64,000 nucleotides of DNA from Macrostomum lignano (GCA_002269645.1 NIVC01000234.1:1-64000), one strand, 5' to 3'; positions 25,701 through 38,329 are shown, counted from the first letter of the stretch. The notes: generated by a model not told the origin, from the sequence alone. A program made the numbers and translations.

Positions 25701-28700
25701 GGACCCCCTTCCTTATCCAAAAGTACTTTACTCAAATATGATGGTCACGGGGAAATTCGTGCTGTTATTGACGGTTAATAAAACTAATTTGATGCTAAAA
25801 ATAGAAACAGCTAAAAGTTCTTATTAGTTCTCGAAGCTAAGGAAGAGTATGATTATAGTGGCTAGATCTTTTTGGGTAAAGTTAATTGCAGACGATAACA
25901 TTTAGGTTTTATTTAAATGCGTTTTTTAAATCTCTATTGTTTAAAACCATGTCTGTCTTTCTAAGATGTTTTAATTATAGTAATTAATTAATTAATTAAT
26001 AACTGGCTAATTTTATCACTGCCGCCACCACTAAACAGGGCTTCTTCCGACGAATTGTGTCATCGCGCAATCTCGGCGGCTCGTGCGGCCACATCATTCC
26101 TATAGAGATGACTCCGCAGACTAGGAACACCTGTCAGTGGTGCCGATTGAAAAAGTGTTGCGCAGTTAATATGGGTAGGGAACGATCCAAGCTCGGCAGG
26201 CGGGCTAAAGGTACGCGCGATCAGCCTGTGGCAGCCGCATCTTCCTCTGTAGGGTCTAGCACTGACTGCTCAACCGGTATTGTTGAAGTGCCGGACAATG
26301 GGCCGATTTTGAATGAGATACCCCTGCCCGGACACAGTCCGGTAACTATTAGCGCAGCTGCAGTCTCTTCGTCACCCGGCAGTTCCCACCAGCACATATC
26401 GAGCGCCTCTATAACTGACAGTCAGCTGATGCTCTATATCGAGCAGAAGCGTCAAGAATTCGAACAGCAACTCAGTCGTAGACTTGGCGCCAATGGTATC
26501 ATTGGACCAGCTTTCAGTCATCTGAAACGATCGCCGCCGAGTGATTTGCACAGCTTCGCCAGCTACTCGCCAATGCAGCCGCCGCCTCCGCTGAAGCGTC
26601 AACGAGGCGGATCTGCCAGTGCCGCGATTGACTTTCTCGAACTTGACCAGCCGCCTGGATACAATAATTTAAATAATTATCAATCTGAACAGGTTCAATT
26701 TGAGCAACAGCCTAATGCTCATCATCGGCAGCAGCAGCAACAGCAGCAAGAATTAGGCCGAGCCCCGAAGAAGGTCTGGCTACAGAAATCTCTGTTACCA
26801 GAAGTTTTGCCTATAGCAGCATTACAAACTGGCGAGTCAGTGGCTTCACACTGTCAACGTTTAGTTGGTCCTCTCCTGACTCAAGCTCTCACCACCTTTG
26901 TACAGCGGGCCACGTTTGACGAAAAAGTGACTAACTTACTGTTGACTGGGATTGAGCAATTCTACGCTCACTGGCCGCCTACCGCTGCCACAATGCCCGG
27001 CTCCATGGTACCGCTAATCACTGATAACATCAACTTGATTCTGGCCGGTCACAGGCGCTCTTTTCAGTTCTCGCCTGAGCGGATGGCCCAGTTCAGGGCT
27101 GAGCGGCTGCATTTGGTGAGCACTCTGCCATCTGACTGCCTTTCCTGTCTGCCTCTCCTGTCTGCCTCTCCTGTCTGCCTCTCCTGACTGCCTCTCCTGT
27201 CTGCCTCATGTCTGCCTCTCCTGTCTGCCTCATGTCTGCCTCTCCTGTCTGCCTCTCCTGTCTGCCTCTCCTGTCTACCTCTCCTGTCTGCCTCTCCTGT
27301 CTGCCTCTCCTGTCTATCTCTCCTGTCTGCCTCTCCTGTCTACCTCTCCTGTCTGCCTCTCCTGTCTGCCTCTCCTGTCTGCCTCTCCTGTCATCCTCTC
27401 CTGCCTACCTCTCCTGTCTGCCTCTCCTGTCTACCTCTCCTGTCTGCCTCTCCTGTCTACCTCTCCTGTCTGCCTCTCCTGTCTACCTCTCCTGTCAACC
27501 TCCTGTCTGCCTCTCCTGTCAACCTCCTGTCTGCCTCTCCTGTCTGCCTCTCCTGTCTACCTCTCCTGTCTACCTCTCCTGTCTACCTCTCCTGTCTGCC
27601 TCTCCTGTCTACCTCTCCTGTCTGCCTCTCCTGTCTACCTCTCCTGTCTGCCTCTCCTGTCTGCCTCTCCTGTCATCCTCTCCTGCCTTTCCTGTCTGCC
27701 TCTCCTGTCATCCTCTCCTGTCTGCCTTTCCTGTCTGCCTCTCCTGTCTACCTCTCCTGTCTGCCTCTTCTGTCTGCCTCTCCTGTCTACCTCTCCTGTT
27801 TAGCTCCAATCAACCTGTCTACTATCTACCTACCTGTCTACCTCCTATATACCTGTCTCCTATCTACCTCTCCAGGTCTAACACTCTCTTGTCTAGCTAC
27901 CTCTCTTATCTACCTCTCTCCTATCTGCCTCTCCTGTCTGCCTTTCCTGTCTGCCTCTCCTGTCTGCCTTTCCTATCTGCCTCTCCTGTCTACCTCTCCT
28001 GTCTACCTCTCCTGTCTACCTCTCCTGTCTACCTCTCCTGTCTGCCTCTCCTGTCTGCCTCTCCTGTCATCCTCTCCTGTCTGCCTCTCCTGTCTGCCTC
28101 TCCTGTCATCCTCTCCTTTCTGCCTCTCCTGTCTGCCTCTCCTGTCTGCCTTTCCTGTCATCCTCTCCTGTCTGCCTCTCTTGTCAACCTCTCCTATCTA
28201 CCTCTCCTATCTGCCTCTCCTATCTACCTCTCCTGTCTGCCTCTCCTGTCATCCTCTCCTGTCTGCCTCTCCTATCTACCTCTCCTGTCATCCTCTCCTG
28301 TCTGCCTCTCCTGTCATCCTCTCCTGTCTGCCTCATGTCTGCCTCTCCTATCTACCTCTCCTGTCTGCCTCTCCTGTCATCCTCTCCTGTCTGCCTCTCC
28401 TATCTACCTCTCCTGTCATCCTCTCCTGTCTGCCTCTCCTGTCATCCTCTCCTGTCTGCCTCATGTCTGCCTCTCCTGTCTGCCTCTCCTGTCTGCCTCT
28501 CCCGTCTGCCTCTACCTCTCCTGTCTGCCTCTCCTGTCTACCTCTCCTGTTTGCCTCTCCTGTCTACCTCTCCTGTCTGCCTCTCCCGTCTGCCTCTACC
28601 TCTCCTATCTACCTCTCCTGTCTACCTCTCCTGTTTAGCTCCAATCAACCTGTCTACTATCTACCTGCCTGTCTACCTCCTATATACCTGTCTCCTATCT

Positions 28701-31700
28701 ACCTCTCCTGCCTACCTCTCCAGGTCTAACACTCTCTTGTCTAGCTACCTCTCTTATCTACCTCTCTCCTATCTACCTGTCCTGTCTACCTGTCCTCTGT
28801 CAACCTCTCCTGTCTAACTCTCTCCTATCTCTCTCTCCTATCTGCCTCTCCTATCTACCTCTCCTGTCTGCCTCTCCTGTCATCCTCTCCTGTCTGCCTC
28901 TCCTATCTACCTCTCCTGTCATCCTCTCCTGTCTGCCTCTCCTGTCATCCTCTCCTGTCTGCCTCATGTCTGCCTCTCCTGTCTGCCTCTCCTGTCTGCC
29001 TCTCCCGTCTGCCTCTACCTCTCCTGTCTGCCTCTCCTGTCTACCTCTCCTGTCTGCCTCTCCTGTCTACCTCTCCTGTCTGCCTCTCCCGTCTGCCTCT
29101 ACCTCTCCTATCTACCTCTCCTGTCTACCTCTCCTGTTTAGCTCCAATCAACCTGTCTACTATCTACCTGCCTGTCTACCTCCTATATACCTGTCTCCTA
29201 TCTACCTCTCCTGCCTACCTCTCCAGGTCTAACACTCTCTTGTCTAGCTACCTCTCTTATCTACCTCTCTCCTATCTACCTGTCCTGTCTACCTGTCCTC
29301 TGTCAACCTCTCCTGTCTAACTCTCTCCTATCTCTCTCTCCTATCTGCCTCTCCTATCTACCTCTCCTGTCTGCCTCTCCTGTCATCCTCTCCTGTCTGC
29401 CTCTCCTATCTACCTCTCCTGTCTGCCTCTCCTGTCATCCTCTCCTGTCTGCCTCATGTCTGCCTCTCCTGTCTACCTCTCCTGTCTGCCTCTACCTCTC
29501 CTATCTACCTCTCCTGTCTACCTCTCCTGTTTAGCTCCAATCAACCTGTCTACTATCTACCTGCCTGTCTACCTCCTATATACCTGTCTCCTATCTACCT
29601 CTCCTGTCTACCTCTCCTGTTTAGCTCCAATCAACCTGTCTACTATCTACCTCTCCTGCCTACCTCTCCAGGTCTAACACTCTCTTGTCTAGCTACCTCT
29701 CTTATCTACCTCTCTCCTATCTACCTGTCCTGTCTACCTGTCCTCTGTCAACCTCTCCTGTCTAACTCTCTCCTATCTCTCTCTCCTATCTGACCTCTCC
29801 TGTCTTTCCTTCTACCATACCTACTCCTCTCCCACGTTACCTCTGCTCTCTTTCTCTGACTTATTCCTTCCGATTAATCCCAATGATTTGCAACTGATAA
29901 AATACTATTAAAAATCCAAACTCCTGACGATCATCTCACTCCAGACTCGCGAGCCTCTGGCAGACGAAGAGCCTGTAGTGATATCCCGCCTTCACGCCTG
30001 TCTGCCCAGCATTCTCAACCGAGTGATCGGCTTTGCTCAAAGTATTTTTAACGACTCAAAATTCACAGTTTCTGTTTCGAGTACACCGTCGGCTGTGCAA
30101 GTTTCCAACGTCGATACAAAAATTTGTGCGGAAGATAAAAGGCATCTGTTATTGAGCCACTGCTCACAGCTGGTTGCTATGCGGTTCTGCTTCTCGTTGG
30201 TCAAGCGGCAGGAGGGCTATATTATTGATCCGACCATGAACTTCAGGCTGACCAGGTTTGCAATAGTCGTGTGTGTCTGTTTATGCGGTGGCTCATGATT
30301 AGCACTCCAGTGTGACTCTAGATAGCACTCCAGTGTGACTCTAAATAGCACTCCAGTGTGACTCTAAATAGCACTCCAGTGTGACTCTAAATAGCACTCC
30401 AGTGTTGACTCTCACATGTCACTCCAGTGTGACTCTAGATAGCACTCCAGTGTGACTCTAGATAGCACTCCAGTGTGACTCTAAATAGCACTCCAGTGTT
30501 GACTCTCACATGTCACTACAGTGTGACTCTAGATAGCACTCCAGTGTGACTCTAAATAGCACTCCAGTGTGACTCTAAATAGCACTCCAGTGTTGACTCT
30601 CACATGTCACTCCAGTGTGACTCTAGATAGCACTCCAGTGTGACTCTAGATAGCACTCCAGTGTGACTCTAAATAGCACTCCAGTGTTGACTCTCACATG
30701 TCACTCCAGTGTGACTCTAGATAGCACTCCAGTGTGACTCTAGATAGCACTCCAGTGTGACTCTAAATAGCACTCCAGTGTTGACTCTCACATGTCACTC
30801 CAGTGTGACTCTAGATAGCACTCCAGTGTGACTCTAGATAGCACTCCAGTGTGACTCTAAATAGCACTCCAGTGTTGACTCTCACATGTCACTCCAGTGT
30901 GACTCTAGATAGCACTCCAGTGTGACTCTAGATAGCACTCCAGTGTGACTCTAGATAGCACTCCAGTGTGACTCTAGATAGCACTCCAGTGTGACTCTAG
31001 ATAGCACTCCAGTGTGACTCTAGATAGCACTCCAGTGTGACTCTCACATGTCACTCCAGTGTGACTCTAGATAGCACTCCAGTGTGACTCTAGATAGCAC
31101 TCCAGTGTGACTCTAAATAGCACTCCAGTGTTGACTCTCACATGTCACTCCAGTGTGACTCTAGATAGCACTCCAGTGTGACTCTAGATAGCACTCCAGT
31201 GTGACTCTAGATAGCACTCCAGTGTGACTCTAGATAGCACTCCAGTGTGACTCTAGATAGCACTCCAGTGTGACTCTAGATAGCACTCCAGTGTGACTCT
31301 AGATAGCACTCCAGTGTGACTCTAGATAGCACTCCAGTGTGACTCTAGATAGCACTCCAGTGTGACTCTCACATGTCACTCCAGTGTGACTCTAGATAGC
31401 ACTCCAGTGTGACTCTAAATGGACAGCTGGCTAACATCAAACATTTATTTCAACCAGTCCAGGACAAAAAAGCATGATTACCTTTGCGTGCTGTTCCATT
31501 TAAATAAATCTCTAATAAATCACGCTCAGAAGATCTTGGGACTCGCTTAGGAAAAATCCTCTGTAATTGCTCCTTCCTGCTCTCTAATTAAAGCGATTTC
31601 TGCTGCCTTTCAATATTGAATCTCTTTGTAGTTAAGCTCTGTTCCTTGCAGATTTTCAAGCTTTTCCGTTTCTTCATTTTTCTCTTCGTTTACCTGGTCG

Positions 31701-34700
31701 CCCGGGCCTGCACCTGTTGCCTCGCTCTAATTCCCAATTTCGCAGCCCCTCTATTGACGCCTCTATTCGCTTCCTTTTTTGCCTTCTTGATATTGCTCTT
31801 CTGTGGCTTACAGTTCCGTATTTCACATCTTGTGCCCTCCAGCTCTTTCATTATTATGTTCTGCTTTCTGTTCTGTTTGCTTTCTGTGCCTCTATCCTGT
31901 CCCTTCACCTCTATCCTGTCCCTTCATCTCTATCCTGTCCCTTCACTTCTATCCTGTCCCTTCATCTCTATCCTGTCCCTTCATCTCTATCCTGTCCCTT
32001 CACTTCTATCCTGTCCCTTCATCTCTATCCTGTCCCTTCACTTCTATCCTGTCCCTTCACTTCTATCCTGTCCCTTCATCTCTATCCTGTCCCTTCACTT
32101 CTATCCTGTCCCTTCATCTCTATCCTGTCCCTTCACTTCTATCCTGTCCCTTCATCTCTATCCTGTCCCTTCATCTCTATCCTGTCCCTTCACTTCTATC
32201 CTGTCCCTTCATCTCTATCCTGTCCCTTCATCTCTATCCTGTCCCTTCATCTCTATCCTGTCCCTCCATCTCTATCCTGTCCCTTCATCTCTAGCATGTC
32301 CCTTCATCTCTATCCTGTCCTTTCAGCTCTATCCTGTTCCTCCATCTCTATCCTGTCCTTTCATCTCTATCCTGTCCCTTCATCTCTATCCTGTCCCTTC
32401 ATCTCTAGCATGTCCCTTCATCTCTATCCTGTCCTTTCAGCTCTATCCTGTTCCTCCATCTCTATCCTGTCCTTTCATCTCTATCCTGTCCCTTCATCTC
32501 TATCCTGTCCCTTCATCTCTAGCATGTCCCTTCTCAGTACTTCTTCCGCTTTCTTGTGTCTCTATCTGCCTCTGTAGTTTGGGAAAATTCCCTTTCACAA
32601 GGAAATTTTCGAATTACCATCTGTTGGTAATTTTTGGCTGACTCATGCAACTGTAAGATGTGTGAGCTGCGTAATTGACTGAGCGCGATTTTATCTCCTG
32701 GATTTGGAGTAGGAAGGGAACTAGAAAATGGCAATCACGAGCCAAACGCGTGATTATGCCTATCAAATTTCTTCACTCTGGGAAGTCTGTCTGCCTATCT
32801 AGTGTGATCAGATGATACAGGAGATTTTCTATAATAGTCAGGTCAACGCCCAATCCATGTCGATTCTGTAACTGGATGCCAACTCTTAAACGAAAGGGCT
32901 CAACAAAAGGTTGAACAAAAGTCATCATGCATTAAGCAATCAGTCTTAGCAGTCACGAATTTTTGCGAGCACTGGGGAATTTCAATCACCTTTTTGCCTT
33001 GAAGGTTTTGTGCCTTTGAGTCTAAACGAGAGTGATTTAATAATATTTTACTTGTTAAACTCTTGTATTGCGTTAACTTTAGCATCTAATTGAGTGATCC
33101 AGTGTGACTCTTGATAGCACTCCAGTGTGACTCTTGACTGGCACTCCAGTGTGACTCTAAAATGGCACTCCAGTGTGACTCTTGATAGCACTCCAGTGTG
33201 ACTCTTGACTGGCACTCCAGTGTGACTCTAAAATGGCACTCCAGTGTGACTCTGGATAGCACTCCAGTGTGACTCTAAAATGGCACTCCAATGTGACTCT
33301 GGATAGCACTCTAGTGTGACTCTGGATAGCACTCCAGTGTGACTCTTGACTGGCACTCCAGTGTGACTCTAAAATGGCACTCCAGTGTGACTCTAAAATG
33401 GCACTCCAGTGTGACTCTGGATAGCACTCCAGTGTGACTCTAAAATGGCACTCCAGTGTGACTCTGGATAGCACTCCAGTGTGACTCTAAAATGGCACTC
33501 CAGTGTGACTCTGGATAGCACTCTAGTGTGACTCTGGATAGCACTCCAGTGTGACTCTAAAATGGCACTCCAGTGTGACTCTGGATAGCACTCCAGTGTG
33601 ACTCTTGACTGGCACTCCAGTGTGACTCTAAAATGGCACTCCAGTGTGACTCTTGACTGGCACTCCAGTGTGACTCTAAAATGGCACTCCAGTGTGACTC
33701 TAAAATGGCACTCCAGTGTGACTCTAAAATGGCACTCCAGTGACTCCAGTGTGACTCTTGACTGGCACTCCAGTGTGACTCTAAAATGGCACTCCAGTGT
33801 GACTCTAAAATGGCACTCCAGTGTGACTCTAAAATGGCACTCCAGTGTGACTCTAAAATGGCACTCCAGTGTGACTCTAAAATGGCACTCCAGTGTGACT
33901 CTGGATAGCACTCCAGTGTGACTCTTGACTGGCACTCCAGTGTGACTCTAAAATGGCACTCCAGTGTGACTCTTGACTGGCACTCCAGTGTGACTCTAAA
34001 ATGGCACTCCAGTGTGACTCTAAAATGGCACTCCAGTGTGACTCTAAAATGGCACTCCAGTGTGACTCTTGACTGGCACTCCAGTGTGACTCTAAAATGG
34101 CACTCCAGTGTGACTCTAAAATGGCACTCCAGTGTGACTCTAAAATGGCACTCCAGTGTGACTCTAAAATGGCACTCCAGTGTGACTCTAAAATGGCACT
34201 CCAGTGTGACTCTAAAATGGCACTCCAGTGTGACTCTAAAATGGCACTCCAGTGTGACTCTAAAATGGCACTCCAGTAATCGAAAGCTTCTTCAAAGCTG
34301 TATTCAAAATTAGCATTGCTTCAGCCGCAAACACCTGGTGAAAATTGTTACAGGCGATTTCTGCAATCGGCCCGGCATCCCACTCTGTCGCTTTTGTTCA
34401 CTCGATTCTTCGACGTCTCGGCCAGATGGGACTCGCTGGCAATGACTGACAGTGAATTGGCTTTTTTGTCGGCCATCTGCCTCACCTCGCCGTGTAAGTT
34501 AATTATCCTATTTTTTTTCTTTGTCTGTTTCTTGCGGTAAACAGGGACGCAGTTTAGCCTGTTCAGGTTTGACTAGCAGCCAAGTCAAAATATTCATAGA
34601 TGTAAGTTTGGAGCCAAAATTACCTCATACACGTTTGGCGCCAAAATTACCTCATACACGTTTGGCGCTAAAATTACCTCATCATACACGTTTGGCGCTA

Positions 34701-36326
34701 AAATTACCCCATACACGTTTGGCGCTAAAATTATCTCATAATACACGTTTGGCGCTAAAATTACCCCATACACGTTTGGCGCCAAAATTACCTCATAATA
34801 CACGTTTGGCGCCAAAGTTACCCCATACACGTTTGGCGCCAAAATTACCTCATCATACACGTTTGGCGCCAAAGTTACCCCATACACGTTTGGCGCCAAA
34901 ATTACCTCTTATACGTTTAGCGCTAAAATTACCTCATCATACACTTTTGGCGCCAAAATTACCTCATCATACACGTTTGGCGCCAAAATTACCTCATCAT
35001 ACACGTTTGGCGCCAAAATTACCTCATCATACACGTTTGGCACCAAAAGTACCTCATACAAATTTGGCGCCAAAATTATCTCACACACGTTTGGCGCCGA
35101 GATTACCTCATGGCGCCAAAAATATGTCTAATGGCGCCGCCAAAAAACAATACCAGAAACACGCGCTCCTTGCTACTATCCATTATTAAATGATAATCTT
35201 TGATTTCATAGCAAGTTTCCGTATCCAACATGACAGACATGGGCACCCGCCCAGAATCAGCGTTTGCAAATCTGAACTCTGTTGTCAGCGTGCACCTGTC
35301 AATCGTTGGCTTGTTCTGGACTCATCTGTGCAATGAGGAAGCCCGACGGCACGACTGGTCGCCTGAACTGCTGCAGCAGAGTCACGAGCTCCGGCTGTCG
35401 GTGCGGCTGGCTGGTGAGCACTTTGACTGCTTGGGGCTTTGGTTGCTGGGCTTCAGATCCTCACTTGCTGGGCCTCAGATCCTCACTTGCTGGGCCTCAG
35501 ATCCTCACTTGCTGGGCCTCAGATCCTCACTTGCTGGGCCTCAGATCCTCACTTGCTGGGCCTCAGATCCTCACTTGCTGGGCCTCAGATCCTCACTTGC
35601 TGGGCCTCAGATCCTCACTTGCTGGGCCTCAGATCCTCACTTGCTGGGCCTCAGATCCTCACTTGCTGGGCCTCAGATCCTCACTTGCTGGGCCTCAGAT
35701 CCTCAGTTGCTGGGCCTCAGATTCTCACTTGCTGGGCCTCAGATTCTCACTTGCTGGGCCTCAGATCCTCAGTTGCTGGGCCAGCCTCCCAGATCCTCAC
35801 TTGCTGGGCCTCAGATCCTCAGTTGCTGGGCCAGCCTCCCAGATCCTCACTTGCTGGGCCTCAGATCCTCACTTGCTGGGCCAGCCTCCCAGATCCTCAC
35901 TTGCTGGGCCTCAGATCCTCAGTTGCTGGGCCAGACTCCCAGATCCTCACTTGCTGGGCCTCAGATCCTCAGTTGCTGGGCCAGCCTCCCAGATTCTCAC
36001 TTGCTGGGCCAGCCTCCCAGATCCCCATTCCAAGAAACGAATGCAGTACATTTCGCCGCCACCCAATCCATGCCGCAGCCATCAAGCGCCTGTTCCGCCT
36101 GGCAGCCGTATTCAGCCTGCTATTGGACATCAACAGCTTGAGCAGTGACACTTTCGTCTTAATGGAATCCCAAATTAATAGGATTGCATTTTGCGACGAG
36201 GATAGTAGTTCGTTGGGTGAGAGTTCCGACTCGTCGGAAATACTACTGCCCAATGGGGTGAGTAATGGGCAATTTCGCCAGCTCCCTCAGCACCAACAGC
36301 AGCTGCATCTTCAGAATTGGTGGTAG
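16736..36326 (+). CDS. Divergent nuclear hormone receptor (C4 DBD plus LBD); exons 16736-16969, 26039-27115, 29945-30255, 34354-34493, 35237-~35400, ~36021-36326; about 743 aa
   Basis: Finger 1 CAVC-x13-CEGC ends at the donor AAA|GTGAGT and joins GFFRR...CQWCRLKKC and RSKLGRR (P-box CEGCKG, NR1/NR2-like). LBD motifs: RVIGFAQSI...EDKRHLLL (H3-H4), DSELAFLSAICLTSP (H8), and an amphipathic H10/11-like KRLFRLAAVFSLLLDIN. Phases 0, 0, 2, 1 are consistent for introns 1-4. The exon 5 donor and exon 6 acceptor are less certain. Confidence 0.85.
17124..18875. repeat. Intronic minisatellite, 29-bp unit TCCTGACCCATCTGTGCTAGAATTCAGAC
   Basis: About 60 highly homogeneous copies in intron 1 of the nuclear receptor. 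Confidence 0.95.
19575..20028. repeat. Tandem repeat, 51-bp GC-rich unit (GCTACTAGTGGGGAGCTCGCCGGCCCCCCCCACACCCCTGGCATTAGTTAG)
   Basis: About 9 copies, period 51 measured between GCTACTAGT starts (19661, 19712). Confidence 0.9.
20305..20515 (-). mobile_element. tRNA-derived CORE-like SINE, copy 1 (with an internal inversion)
   Basis: Minus strand has a B-box (GGAGTTCGATTCC) followed by TGTGTCCTTAAGCAAGACACTTAAC...CTTCAGTTCACCCA, which resembles the MIR/CORE domain. Homologous to the copies at 37.5 kb and 46.0 kb. Confidence 0.7.
20997..21452. repeat. Tandem minisatellite, about 30-bp unit GGGTC(C/T)TGACCCACCTAAAACGAATATACA
   Basis: About 15 diverging copies. Confidence 0.9.
23465..24515. 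repeat. Tandem minisatellite, 23-24-bp unit TCTAGTGTATATT(C/A)TGGC(ACTCT/GCCCC)
   Basis: About 45 copies, with two sub-types segregated left and right. Confidence 0.9.
27120..29800. repeat. Pyrimidine-rich satellite (about 13-bp CCTCTCCTGTCTG) with higher-order duplications, nuclear receptor intron 2
   Basis: Starts right after the exon 2 donor. The marker TTAGCTCCAATCAACCTGTC recurs at about 27799, 28635, 29137, 29531 and 29621. Confidence 0.9.
30297..31420. repeat. Minisatellite, 23-bp unit GATAGCACTCCAGTGTGACTCTA (nuclear receptor intron 3, 5' side)
   Basis: Period 23 measured directly. Same family as the 33.1-34.3 kb array. Confidence 0.93.
31890..32530. repeat. Pyrimidine-rich minisatellite, 19-bp unit TCTATCCTGTCCCTTCA(T/C)(C/T)
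   Basis: About 33 copies in the middle of intron 3. Confidence 0.9.
33100..34277. repeat. Minisatellite, 24-bp unit CACTCCAGTGTGACTCTAAAATGG (nuclear receptor intron 3, 3' side)
   Basis: Period 24 measured directly, with a core identical to the 23-bp array at 30.3 kb. Confidence 0.93.
34605..35125. repeat. Minisatellite, 27/30-bp unit containing the palindrome TTTGGCGCCAAA (nuclear receptor intron 4)
   Basis: About 18 units of ACACGTTTGGCGCCAAAATTACCTCAT(CAT). Confidence 0.9.
35452..36020. repeat. Minisatellite, 22-bp GCTGGGCCTCAGATCCTCACTT grading into 28-bp GCTGGGCCAGCCTCCCAGATCCTCA(C/G)TT (nuclear receptor intron 5)
   Basis: Visible directly. It is the reverse complement of the array at 39.6-40.6 kb. 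Confidence 0.92.
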
Positions 36327-37467
36327 TCCAACATCCCAGGCATGTGAGCGAGTTTTAATTCAAGTAAACAAATTTTAATGTAGTGCCCGCGTAATGCTAC
36401 TGATCTTGTTAGTAGGTGAATTGCGCATTGTGAGCTCAATATCTGTGTTTGTGTAAGATTTCTTTGTTTTATTTCTCTGTACGATGTACAAAGGAATGAA
36501 AGTTAAAGTATGCTTTAGTATTTGTATACTACTTGTGCTTGCTATATCATTTTAGGTATTGTTAGTATTCGTTATTACATGTAGTGCGCTGTAAAACAAA
36601 TGTAATTGTGCTTTTTTGTCCACCTGTTTTATTTTCTTTTGCTCTCTGCTTTTTGGTTAATTTTTTCACCGTTTGAGCCTCAACTGTTTGTTTTTGTAAA
36701 CCTTGTCTTCAGTTGGTAACTGGTTGTCCCTAACTTTATAAAATCTAATATTATCTTAGAAATGAATTCTTAGAATACCGACATTTCTGGTTACCAGCCC
36801 AACTAGTCTTATTAACAAGGATGATCATTTTTAATTGGCTTTCGTATATTATAGAGTTTTTGGATTGCTTTTAAAATATTAAAGTTTATTGTTATATAGA
36901 TTGTTATGTATTCTAGACATTGTCTGTGTCAATTGTTTGTCCACTCAGATCCAAATTGCTTTCTGATTTCATGTTTTTTTTCTTGCCTACTTTCTGTGCT
37001 AAGATGGCTTTAGTGGAACTATGGTTAATATTACTATTATGTTTTATCTAAACTTTTCTACTACTTTTCAAACATTTGTGCTGTGCGTTTTAAACTCTTT
37101 GTTTTGAATTTTACGCGTCCAATATTCCCTATAGAGAACCTGTCCAAACCATGTGATTTTGTTTTATTTCATTTTTATTTACTTTTTCTGTTGCAATTTA
37201 AACCCCCATCCTGTGTCGCTTTCTGTAATTTATGTGCCATAATTTATCAATTTCCTTAATTGTTCATTTGTTTGTTTGTGAGTCCGAGAAAATAACAAAG
37301 CAGAAGTTCTCAGAAAAAAATAAATCATAACTTTTAATGAAAATTTCCACTTTAAAAGTCGTAAAGTTGCAGTTTTAAAAAAAATTTAACCAGAGACTGA
37401 AGCCTCTGACATTGATCTTGCCTGCTTTTCTCATACCACTTGTGCGACTATTTACAGTGTGTATGAA

Positions 37468-37607
37468 GTCCATTTTACAGCTGGGTGAACTGAAGCAATG
37501 CACAGTTTATTATCTTGCTCAAGGACACTAATTGTTCCGAGTGGGTCGAGCTTCGAACCCCCAACCTTCAAGTCGTGAGTCTGACGCTTTTACCAACTAG
37601 GCTGCAA
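37468..37607 (-). mobile_element. tRNA-derived CORE-like SINE, copy 2 (A- and B-box present)
   Basis: Minus strand reads GCAGCCTAGTTGGT (A-box-like)...GGGGGTTCGAAGC (B-box)...TAGTGTCCTTGAGCAAGA...GCTTCAGTTCACCCAGCTGTAAAATGG. Confidence 0.7.
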
Positions 37608-38329
37608 TTAACCTCTTTGATTAAACTGTTCTCGGTACGACTGTGCATGGTGCTTCCAAATCCACCAGTTATAGCCATAGAGTATAGCCACGCGACCACC
37701 TCTGTGTGGGCATTCTATAGAAATCAAGGGCACAAAAGCGCGCGGATACGTACGCAAGTCATAAGCACAGGCACACACTCACACAGGAGTGTACAGCGGC
37801 CCTGACTTCATTGATGGTTAGGCATGTACATTTTTCTGTGCCTTGGGGTTGTTGGTCTTTAGTTGCGTTAGTTGCACGAGCAGAGCCAAGCCGAGAGTCC
37901 AATTTAGACCCAAATAAATTTGACTGCACTTGGGAATCGAGCCTGGGCCGCTGGCACATCAGAGGGGCTCTAAGCTACGGCCCCTTCGACTAGAACATTA
38001 TTTTTTAATACATAAATTGAACATAAGCATGTTTCAATTTCTTTATTACCCTGTGTTTGCTTGCTTTATATTCTCCCTATACTGATCGATCTGTATATAC
38101 TTCTCATGAAATCACTGCATCTACGATGCATATCGCGCGCCTATGACAGACAGAAATCAAACTTCAAGTATTTATCTTTTCTAGCCTACAGCAACAAGGA
38201 CAGTTTTATACATGTAGCATCGTTTCTTAGGTAGCATCTTCTAAAGGAACTGGAAAAATAACTCGCTTTGACGGTTTCTGGGTGTTTTAGCTGATTCCCA
38301 ATTTTTCTCTTTAGCCTCCCTCCCTCTGT

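Noticed and set aside
27208-34313. Leu/Ser/Pro/Cys-rich and LKWHSSVT-repeat ORFs
   Set aside because: They lie inside nuclear receptor introns and derive from satellites.
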